Both the position numbers and the translations under genes were made by a program. Under the pieces are notes generated by a model. It saw only the letters and a program-made list of their open reading frames with translations. It had not been told where the DNA came from and made no database searches. Positions 40,651 through 51,466 of a stretch of DNA of 64,000 bases are shown piece after piece; the stretch's first letter is position 1; the number at the start of each line of letters is the position of its first letter. Source of the DNA: Eledone cirrhosa (taxonomy: Eukaryota). The stretch is taken from assembly GCA_964016885.1 (NCBI GenBank), contig OZ024742.1, forward strand, positions 147,622,001-147,686,000. Reading direction: 5' to 3'.

Positions 40651-42814
40651 AAGGAAGATTTGTTTGTTTGTTTGTTTGTTTGTTTTTTTATAGTACTGTT
40701 TGGTATTCCTTAAGTTTCCAGTTTTTTTTCCTCTCTTCTTTTATTTAAACATGTCTTTCTCCCTTCCTTACCCCTTTTCTTTACTTTCGCTATTTAATTT
40801 TTTTCCCCTCTTTCTTTTTCCTTTTGTTACTGGAAACATTATATAACAGAATTGAAATTTGTCGAATAAATAAAAGTCCTTTAAAAAAATTTTTTTTATT
40901 AAAATATGTATATGAAAACAAAACTACCGAATCAATGTAATTCAATAAAACAACAATATTATTTATTCAATGTTAATAGTATTTTTCTTACTTAATTACA
41001 TTAAAACAAAATAAAAAAATAATCTAACGCGGGGAAAGTTCAAGATAACCACTTTTACACCTACCTCCCTTATTATGATACGCCATCGTAGACTTTGTGC
41101 ATATATAACCACGATAAAAGTATGTCTATACCTTTATTACTATGTATAATTTCCACCATAAAGTCAACATATTTATTTCATCAATTTAAACGTCCTTATA
41201 GGGCTGGTAAGCATGATAGACGGGCAGAGTTATTTAATATCCTTTATGACAAGAGTCAAAAACAAAAAGGTATTTCGAGATTTTTAAAATATTTTTTTTC
41301 TTCTAAATACAATTTCTTTAATAATGATAACAATTTAAGTTACGACGTAATTCATAATATATTCAAAATTAAATTATTAAAAGAAATGTGTATTAAAAAA
41401 AAAAATGATAATTATGCTAGCCTGTATATCCTGTATCGTCTAAGTGGAACAATTTTATTATTTACACATATTAATATAGACTTAAGGTAAATGTTTGTCA
41501 ACTTACCGTGTTCACATGTAAACAGTAAATGAGTGAGTTGCGTGTTTATTTTATAAAACTACCAAAGAAATTATCTGGTTGTTATATTCAGCTTTTCAAA
41601 TGTTTGATCAACTTTAGTTCTACAGCATCAATTTACAATGTAACTTCACATCTTTAGCCGGAGATTCGTATCTTGTCAGAATATCATTAGCCACAATTTC
41701 GATATGAAATCCTTCTGCTACATTTACTGTTATTTTTATATCGACAAATAATTTCAGAAATGATTGATTAAAATTGTCCAAATGTAATAAAATCTAATTA
41801 ATTTATAATAATATTTATCTGATTAAAGCATAATATTATTCTAATTATCTTTACATATACATGAACTGTTAAGTATATTTTGTTTGCAAAGATAAATATT
41901 TCATTACAAATGCAAACTCCATTTTCTTAAATAAAAAACGCTTGTGTGTAATAAAATTTTAATCCAAACTAATTCAAGAAAGCTATTTACATTTCCTCAA
42001 CTACGCCCGTATTCAGCAAAATTATCTCAGTCAATAGTTCATCCACTGAGAACAGAATGGTATGGTTTGGTGTTGACCATTGTTGACAGATCGTAGTCAA
42101 GGATTTATACAAGTCAGGGTTTAATGGAAGCTGCAAAAGTAATGTGCATATAGACACACACATTTATATGTGCAACAAATTATCCTTTAGTGAATTTTGC
42201 TATGGTATGAAAATACGTCGTATTTTCATAATTTCCGATAAAAATTTACCAAACACTATGATGTTACTCTCAGCTAAGACAGCAACTATACAATCTCCAT
42301 TTTTGTCCAGCCAGACAGGCTGAAGCTGTCACAGCTTTATTTCCTTACTCTCTTTACAAACATCGCTTAGCCTGTTTCTCTCTAAAACGATGTACAATAA
42401 AACATAGTTTGCCTCAATACAACTAAAAACATTGCAAAGAAAATACTTTCTGTGAATTCTATTTCAATATAATGTTAATATGGTTTTGTAAAATTCCATG
42501 GCTAAAATAAATATTTCAAATGTAGTTTTGTTTCCTTTATGCTCATTATTCACTCAGATACTAATAAGGTAATGCTGGAGTTATGAGAAAATACACCCAC
42601 TATACTCTGTAATGCATCATGCTGGTACTGCAATAAAATACACCTGGTGTACTCAGTTAAGTGGTTGGTGATAGGAAGGGCATGTACCATATAAACTATG
42701 CTAAGTGTGAGCTAGATGTGGTTCTCAGACCAATAGTCTTGGCCATTGACCTTCTGTCCACCCTATGCCAGTATGGAAAGCAGATGTAAATGATAATGAT
42801 TATTATATTATACA

Positions 42815-43268
42815 CTAGCAGTGGTACCCGGCGTTGCACGGTAAAGGTATTTTGGAACGCGGGCCGCCAACAGACTTAAGCGTGGGAAAAATCCATGCCT
42901 TGATAATATGTAAAGAAAATAACCCGAATACTATGATGGCTGGATAATCTAAGATTTTCCTCGAAGAAGCAGGTTTTCACCTAATGCGGGCCCTAGGGCT
43001 TCAAGAAAATCAATATTTTTTATGTGCGTAATATCCCTTGAAATTTCGGGAAAATCGGCTAGTCGTAACGCCTAAAAAAAGCCCTTAAAAGCTGAAAAAA
43101 ATGAAGTTTTTAACCTAATGCGGCCCTAGGCCATAAATAAGTTGGATTTCCTTTACTACGGTATGACGAAGAGACTGATTAATACAAAGTTACAATTACA
43201 AGGCAATCGGTCTGATGTAACGCCTCAAAATACCCCTAAATAACTGAAATAACACAGTTTTTCACCTA
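42815..43268 (-). mobile_element. Helitron 3' portion, truncated by the unit deletion
   Basis: CTAG/hairpin end intact; sequence switches to LINE at ~43268. Confidence 0.8.
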
Positions 43269-43665
43269 GGAGGTCTTATTTGCAAGCCAAGCTTTGTAGG
43301 CCGCTTTCTTTGCTTGGCTGGCATCTTTGACCTTTTGACTGAACCATGTGGTCCTCCTGTCGCCCAGCGCCACACCAAGTTGCTTTCATCTGTAGCATTT
43401 AACAGCTGAAACAGAAACTGACAAGTTAAACTGTCTCCACTCCACTTAGTTTGCTCAGAGTTCTCTGAATTTGGATGCAATAACATCGGCATAACTGGTC
43501 CTCACTTCCTTATCCATCAAAACTTCCCACTTTATCCTATAGGTCGACCTGGACCTGCTCATTTTGTGGGCTTTTTTGGTTTTGGTAGTCTCAAATTGCA
43601 GATAACTAGATGGTGATCAGTTGACAGTTCACCCCTCTCTTAATACAAACATCCAGCACAAAATC
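43269..43665 (-). mobile_element. Truncated RTE-clade LINE fragment at the deletion junction
   Basis: Only the 5' ~400 bp of the unit LINE remains, fused to Helitron sequence at ~43268. Confidence 0.8.
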
Positions 43666-43754
43666 AATGATATATATAATAATCTTAATGCTTTCATTTG
43701 CTGAATATTTTCCATTTGTGTTTGCAGTGTGCAAAACTCGAATTTGCAAACGTT

Positions 43755-44132
43755 TTCATCATACTTTACAATTTTTATGCTCTTGAACTTTCTCGCGTTA
43801 AATTATTATTATTTTTTTTTTATTATTTTAATTTTAAGAAAAGAACATAAGAAACATAAATTATAATATTCAAAAGTATCTATAATACATCATAATAATG
43901 TTGTATCGAATATTGCCGAAGATGTTTTCTTGAATAGCACGGCGCTATAGAGGTAATTGGCGCATCTCGCGCGGGCGCTTCGCTTTTATAGCGCATTAGC
44001 CTCGACATCACCCGAGCCAAGGCTGCGAGTGTGCCGGCTTGCCTCAAAAGACATTTGAGAGGTCGCCTAGTACCCCTCGCTGGTCTTTTGCTCTTGTGTT
44101 GGCTGTGTTGCTCACCCCTTCATTTACAGTTT
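43755..44132 (-). promoter_or_regulatory. Orphan copy of the promoter and exon 1 (its own ZNF was deleted)
   Basis: More diverged paralogous block; motif changed to TCTCGCGCG 43965-43973, CCAAT lost, donor retained at 43764. Confidence 0.5.
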
Positions 44133-44388
44133 AAACGATGATTTGTTTGTTTGTTTGTTTTTAGTACTGTTTGGTATTCCTTCTTAAGTTTCCAGTTTTT
44201 TTTTCCTCTCTTCTTTTATTTAAACATATGCCTTTCTCTCTTCCCTACCCTTAAACCTTTTCCTTACTTTCGTTATTTAATTTTTTCCCCTCTTTCTTTT
44301 TCTTATCGAAAACATTATATAACCGAATTGAAATTTGTCGAATAAATAAGTCCCTTAAAAAAATAGAAAAACATGAATATGAAAACGA

Positions 44389-45621
44389 GGCATAGGTTAA
44401 GTTTAACGTTCGGGAAAGTGAAAGTAAATTTTCTTACAAGTGAATTTGTTTGTTGCTTTTTTTTACAATGAAAGTTACGATACACACGCAATTGTATGGA
44501 TTTCTTAAAATATATATATGTGTGGGTGTGTATATATGTGTGTACACTGTGAATTTGTTTGTTTATTTACAACAGATCTCTATAGTGATATGGTGTTAAT
44601 TAGTATTGCGTGTGTGATTATTTTTTCTTTTTCTTTTTTTGTGTATTGTGTGTACGGAAAAATTCTTTTTAAATAATGACATTGTGTGTTTTTAAGTAGC
44701 AAGATATTACAAAAACATCTAAACGATGATGACACAAACACATATATATATACAAACACACATATATATACACACCCACACATATATATATAAGAAAAAA
44801 TAATCACACACGTAATACTAATTAACACCATATCACTATAGAGACCTGTTGTAAATAAACAAACAAATTCACAGTGTACACACATATATACAAACATATA
44901 CACACCCACACATATATATATTTTAAGAAATCCATACAATTGCGTGTGTATCGTAACTTTCACTGTAATAAAAAAACAACAAACAAATTCACTTGTCAGA
45001 AAATTTACTTTCACTTTCCCGAACGTTAAACTTAACGTATGCCGGTTAAGAATAACGTCCTCGAAAGTGAAAGTCATTTTTATGACAAGTGAATGTGTTT
45101 TTTTTTTTTTTTTTTTACATTGAAAATTACGATACAGTTTGTTTATTTACAACAGGTCTCTATAGTGATGTGGTGTTAATTAGTATTGCGTGTGTGATTA
45201 TTTTCTCTTTTATATATATGTGTGGGTGTGTATATGTGTGTCTGTATGTATATATATATGTGTGTTTGTATATATACGTGTTTGTGTTATCATCATCGTT
45301 TAGATGTTTTTGTAATATCTTGCCAATGTTGGCACCAACTATAAACAAATTAAGGCCGGGTCATAAGGACAGAGAATGATAAGGGATTTGGGTAAAAACA
45401 TCTAAACGATGATGATGACACAAACACATATATACAAACACACATATATATATGAGAAAATAATCACACACGCAATACTAATTAACACCATATCACTATA
45501 GAGACCTGTTGTAAATAAACAAACTGTATCGTAAATTTCAATGTAAAAAAAACAAAACAAACACATTCACTTGTCATAAAAATGACTTTCACTTTCGAGG
45601 ACGTTATTCTTAACCTATGCC
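44389..45621. mobile_element. Non-coding foldback/MULE-like DNA transposon composite (1233 bp)
   Basis: Termini GGCATAGGTTAAG...CTTAACCTATGCC; 9-bp TSD TGAAAACGA at 44380-44388 and 45622-45630; single-copy empty site in other units; long internal inverted arms. Confidence 0.9.
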
Positions 45622-46607
45622 TGAAAACGAAACTACCGAATCAATATAATTCAATAAAACAACAATGTTATTTATTCAATGTTAATAGTATTTTTCTTAC
45701 TTAATTACATTAAAACAAAATAAAAAAATAATAAAACGCGGGGAAAGTTCAAGATAACCGCTTTTACACCTACCTCCCATATTATGATACGCCATCGTAG
45801 ACTTCTTTGTGCATATATAACCACGATAAAAGTATGTCTATACCTACGTATAATTTCCAGCATAAAGTAAACATATTTATTTATTTAATCAATTTAAACG
45901 TCCTTATAGGGCTGGTAAGCCTGATAGACGGGGAGAGTTATTTAATATCCTTTATGACAAGAGTCAGAAACAAAAAGGAGGCAAATGAAGCAAAAAAAGG
46001 TATGAGATTTTTTAAATATTTTTTTTCTTCTAAATACAATTTCTTTAATAATGATAACAATGTAAGTTACGACGTAATTCATAATATATTCAAAATTAAA
46101 TTATTAAAAGAAATTTGTATAAAAAAAAAAAAAACGATAATTATGCTCGCCTGTATATAATTACTGTTTAGCAGTATTAGTTATAGATGTTATCGAAATA
46201 CGAGTGACATAATAATGATTTCAACAGCAGAAATTAGAGATGAAATATACGTTTATTTTTTGATGTAGCACAAACAATGGTGTGGTACAGAGGCTGGTTT
46301 CTTACGTGTGATCAGTCGGCTTTCTCGCGTTCTCAACCGGCGTTGTTCTATCAAGGGGCGTGAGGCGTCTTACTACAGTACCTCGAGCCAGATTTTCAAA
46401 TTATCGAAAATCGATGTCATTACTCAAATGTGGAGTAAGATGGCGAACAAAGCAACAAGGGGGAGCTATTCGCTCTACCAAAAATTGAATCCAGAATAAG
46501 GATTTGAAAAATGTTTAAAAAAAAAACAAACAACATGCATGCATAAAAAAAACAAGGCAAAGAAAAAGCAGAAACACAGAGGCAAAAAAAGGTGCAGCTA
46601 ACATAGT

Positions 46608-48262
46608 CTAAATATAGACGGCGCTGCAAAATTTTTTGGGCCAGTGGACCCTACGACCTGAATGGGTCGTGGTCTTGTAACGTGGTGGTGGTGTAGGGAC
46701 AGGCGATGATGATGGTTCAGGAACAGGCGTTCGCTCAACAGGCAAATACGAAGGGGTTCGTGGATCAGGAACCACAGCGTCCGTGTCAAGATGCGCCTGC
46801 TTAAGCCTGTCTATTGTAACTGTCTCCCTGGAGCCCTTAATATCTAACGTGAAATGCTTAGCCGAGCGCGCTAAGACACGGTAAGGTCCAGTGTAAGGCT
46901 GTGTGAGCGGGGGCTTCACAGAATCTTTCCTTACAAAGACATGCGTCCACGAGGCAATATCCCTCGGGACAGCAGTCTTGACAGTTTGTTTCCTAGTGTC
47001 CATTGGCGGCAAATCCTGGAAATAGGAGCTCAAACGGGACACGTAGGAAGCGTGATCTTGGGCATCAAGATCGATAGGGGCACCGTACAGTACTTCGGCC
47101 GGTGAAAATCCAAAGTCGACCTTCACCGTTGACCGAATCCCTAGTAGCACAATAGGGAGGTACTCGCTCCAACGCGCCGAGTCCATTGAGGCCATTAAGG
47201 AGGCCTTCAGCTGTCGGTGAAAACGCTCCACCATACCATTTGAAGCAGGATGGTACGCCGTAGTTCTAATGCGTTTAGCACCAATTAATTTTGACAGCTC
47301 GAGGAAAAGGCTCGACTCGAACTGCCGTCCACGGTCGGTAGTTATTGTGGATGGAACTCCATAACGAGAGATCCATCCAGACACCAGAGCACGTGCTGTT
47401 GTCTCCGCGGTGATGTTTTTCAAGGGGATGGCCTCAGGCCATCTCGAAAAACGGTCAACAGATAAGAAAAACCATCGCTGACAGGCCAAGGTCCGACTAT
47501 GTGAAAAACGCGCATCTGGATTAGCAAAGGTACCCAGGGGAGCCTTGATGTGTCGATGGACCTTTGATCTCTGGCAAGCGACGCAGGAACGGCACCAAGC
47601 AGCAATTTCACGCCTCATATTTGGCCAGAAAAATCTAGCTGATATGAGCTTTGCTGTGGCAGAAGATCCTGGATGCGAGATACTATGTAATCCCAGAAAC
47701 ACAGTCCGACGATGATTCTCTGGAACGAAGGGCCTAGGCACGTCCAAAGAGACGTCGCAGAGGATTTGGCCAACTGCAGTCGACAGAGGCAAGTATTTCA
47801 TCTCGCAATTCGCAAACTCAGGCGATGCGACATCCAATGACTCAAGGGGAGGCTGATCCGCAGCCAAACGAGTCAGATCTATGTCAGAGGATGACGAGAT
47901 CGCTGTCACGGGTAAGCGGGACAAAGCATCGGCCGCTGTATTTAGTGAACCCGGAATGTGCTGGATATCACTCTTATATTGCGAGATGAAATCAAGGTGT
48001 CTCGTCTCTCTGGGCGAGTATTTATCAGCCTTCGCTCTCAAAGCAAAAGTCAATGGTTTATGGTCAGTGAGGATAGTAAATTGTCTACCCTCTAGCTCAT
48101 GTGAAAAATGTTTCACGGCCAAAAGCTCTCTTCCAAAGGTGCTGTAGCGCGTCTCAGCAGGATTTAGCTTTTTGGAAAAAAACTCCAGCGATTGCTGGTA
48201 ACCATTGATGTTTTGCTGTAGTACTGCGGCCACAGCGATATCCGATGCATCAACACAAAGCG
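46608..48262 (-). pseudogene. pol: Element A pol: RNase H and integrase with small deletions and compensating frameshifts
   Basis: [20 protein letters not shown] (HSISHPG...CVAC), [22 protein letters not shown]; region of the first catalytic Asp is shifted out of frame. Confidence 0.9.
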
Positions 48263-49645
48263 TTAGCTTTGCACCGGGTGAGTCAGTAACGAAGCATTAG
48301 CCAAAGCAGTTTTGGCGTGCTGAAAATCAGCAAGTTGAGTGTCTGTCAAAGAAATATCTTTGTTCTTCCTCCGACAATTTTTCAAAATTTCTGTCAGGGA
48401 GAAAAGCAATTTTGCACAGTTTGGCACGAAACGCCTATAAAAGTTAACCAGACCTAAGAACTGGCGTAACTGACGTAGTGAGGTCGGTGGAGGCAAATCC
48501 TCTATGACCTTAACTCGCTCAGGCCGGGGTCGAATACCGTCAGCATCGATGACGTGACCCAAGAAAGTCAGTGACTCAGCACCAAAAACACATTTGGGTG
48601 CATTAAGCTGCACGTTATACGCCTTCAATCGGCGGAAAAGAAGATTCAAATGGTGTGTATGCTGCTCTGGAGAAGAACTAGCAATGAGCAGGTCGTCAAT
48701 ATAGGTATAGACGAAATCGAGGCCGCGAGTAACCTCATCCATAAACCGCTGAAAAGTACTAGCGGCATTCCTTAATCTGAACGGCATAGTCAAAAACTCA
48801 AAAGACCCAAATGGCGTAACTATAGCCGTTTTTGGAATGTCATTTTTATGGACAGGAATTTGATGGTACGCACGAATTAAATCCAGTTTGGAGAATATCT
48901 TGCATCCCTGCAACGAAGACGCAAAGACTTGCAGATGAGGGATAGGATACCAGTCCGGTACCGTTATCGAATTCAGGCGTCGATAATATCCAGTAGGTCT
49001 CCAATCGCCATTCGCTTTCGGTACCATGTGTAATGGGGACGCCCACGGGCTCGTGGACGGACGAATAATCCCCATTTGCAGCATATGATCAAACTCTGAT
49101 CGTGCTGCTTTGAGTTTGTCCGGAGGCAAGCGACGAGGACGAGAGAAAATGGGAGCACCAGTTGTAGATATGAAGTGCTCTGTGGTATGAGTTGGTTCAT
49201 CAACTTGAAAATTTCCCCGAGTCAGTTGCGGGAACGAGTTCAACAACGCATGGAAAGGATCACTGGTGTTAGCAAGAAAAAATGTCGGGCTAACCGTTGG
49301 AACTCCTGCTGCCTTGCCAACAACAGTTAATCCCGTGATGCCATCAATTAGGCGTTTACGACGAAGGTCCACCGTCAATGAAAAATGGTGGTGAAAATCC
49401 GCGCCTAGAATCGGATACGGCAAGGCAGCGACAGTAAATATCCATTTAAACTCGCGCCGCAGATTACGAAACTGCAAAGGTAACGAGATTTGTCCGAAAG
49501 TTCGAATCGGCGAACAATTTACTGCCTGCAACTCAATAGGCGTCTCCTTCATACAACACAGGCCATACGGAACAAACTGCACCTGTCAACCAGAAAAGCT
49601 CTACCTGACAGCAGGTCCTTAATGAAAAAGTGGCGGTTAGATGTT
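48263..49645 (-). pseudogene. pol: Element A pol: protease (frameshifted at LVDTGA) and reverse transcriptase
   Basis: [50 protein letters not shown] motifs. Confidence 0.9.
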
Positions 49646-49699
49646 GTTTCGCAGAGCGCACTATCCGCCGTTAGTGACTCTGGTCGTCTTTTCCCTCGT

Positions 49700-49832
49700 A
49701 AGCACAAGGACCCCTACCGCTTTTCTCGGGCATTTGAGCGATTCCCAAGATCAGGATAGCCCTTTCCTGAAGCAATTGTTCTTCTCTCGCCTACCTCAAG
49801 AGGTACAGGCGATCCTAGCCCATATGCTATAA
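49700..49832 (+). pseudogene. gag: Gag fragment of element A in inverted orientation
   Basis: Plus-strand RTPTAFLGHL...SPFLKQLFFSRLPQEVQAILA resembles the CsRn1-type Gag motif RKPSQxL...LFLQRLP...ILA, on the strand opposite to pol. Confidence 0.6.
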
Positions 49833-51466
49833 AGCTGCCACTCACTGTTCCCCGTATTGGTCAGTGGTTAAACAACGCTGTCGCTGCTGCTGTCGTTGTT
49901 GTTGTCAAGTGTAGCCATGACATTTCGGTAGCCATCTTGAAATTTTTTCGTGGCGAAAAATTCTTTGAAATACTGCCAATTTTTCAAAAATCTTATAAGG
50001 AATATTTTTTATTTTCGCAAGTTGCGAAAAGGTTGGCAACGTGGCAATAAAAGTTCAACTGAATGAAAAAGAAGGGCTGCGTTAAATTCTTACGTCGGTC
50101 ACCACTTTAGCAGTATTAGTTATAGATGTTATCGAGATACGAGTGACATAATAATGATTTCAACAGCAGAAATTAGAGATGAAATATACGTTTATTTTTT
50201 GATGTAGCACAAACAATGGTGTGGTACAGAGGCTGGTTTCTTGCGTGTGATCAGTCGGCTTTCCAGTGGCTGTCTGTCTTTTCTTTCTCGCGTTCTCAAC
50301 CGGCGTTGTTCTATCAAGGGGCGTGAGGCGTCTTACTACAACTGTATCCTCCAAGTGGAACAATTTTATTATTTACACATATTAATATAGACTTAAGGTA
50401 AATGTTTGTCAACTTACCGTGTTCACATTTAAACAGTAAATGAGTGAGTTGCGTGTTTATTTTATAAAACTACCAAAGAAATTTTCTGGTTGTTATATTC
50501 AGCTTTTCAAATGTTTGATCAACAGCATCAATTTACAATGTAACTTCACATCTTTAGCGGTTCGTATCTTGTCACAATATCATTAGCCACAATTTCGATA
50601 TGTGCTACATTTACTATATTTTTATATTGACAAATAATTTATTAAAATTGTCCAAATGTAATAAAATCTAATTAATTTATTAACTTATTGTAATTATTTT
50701 TACATATACATGAACTGTTAAGTATATTTTGTTTACAAAGATAAACATTTCTTTACAAATGCAAACTCTATTTTCTTAAATAAAAAACGCTTGTGTGTGT
50801 AATAAAATTTTAATCCAAACTAATTCAAGAAAGCTACGCCCGTATTCAGCAAAATTATCTCAGTCAATAGTTCATCCACTGAGAACAGAATGGTATGGTT
50901 TGGTGTTGACCATTGTTGACAGATCGTAGTCAATGATTTATACAACAAGAACAAGTCAAGGTTTAATGGAAGCTGCAAAAGTAATGTGCATATAGACACA
51001 CACATTTATATGTGTTTAGTGAATTGGTCACAGGGTTATTTTCTTTGGTAAACGCCAATGCAGGCGAGCCACTAATTTAATTTGTTACAGATATAAGGTT
51101 AACAAACTCGTTCGTGAGTGAACTGTCTGAGAGCCGGTCGCCAAATATGCCAAGATGTCTCTTTTCTCCCTCCTTTATAATCCCTAGACCGGAAGTTCGA
51201 GGAATCTTCTAGAATTCAACGGAAAGTAACTCCAATTAGTTTTTTCTCCTCGGGCACGGTGGCGCTAGTCGCTACAAGGCTCCCCTCCAGACAATAGTTA
51301 ATAATAACCATAAGGTCATTGTAGCGAAAAGCTGTAGAATAAGGAGCAAGCAAAACAAAAGGTAGATAAATTGCAATAGTTTGTAACAAAATGAAAATAA
51401 ACATGCAGAAAAATGTAACTGGAACAATACGAGGGAGCAAGAAAAATAATGCTCAAAATTTTAATG

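Larger units (their letters stand above)
46167..50340 (-). mobile_element. Gypsy LTR retrotransposon A (CsRn1/Kabuki-like), defective
   Basis: LTRs 46167-46377 and 50106-50340; 4-bp TSD ACTG (46163-46166, 50341-50344); tRNA-Trp PBS remnant 50092-50104; PR-RT-RH-IN order. Confidence 0.95.

Noticed and set aside
44580-45379. Hydrophobic 165-aa and 96-aa ORFs
   Set aside because: Low-complexity (TA/TG)n translation inside the foldback arms
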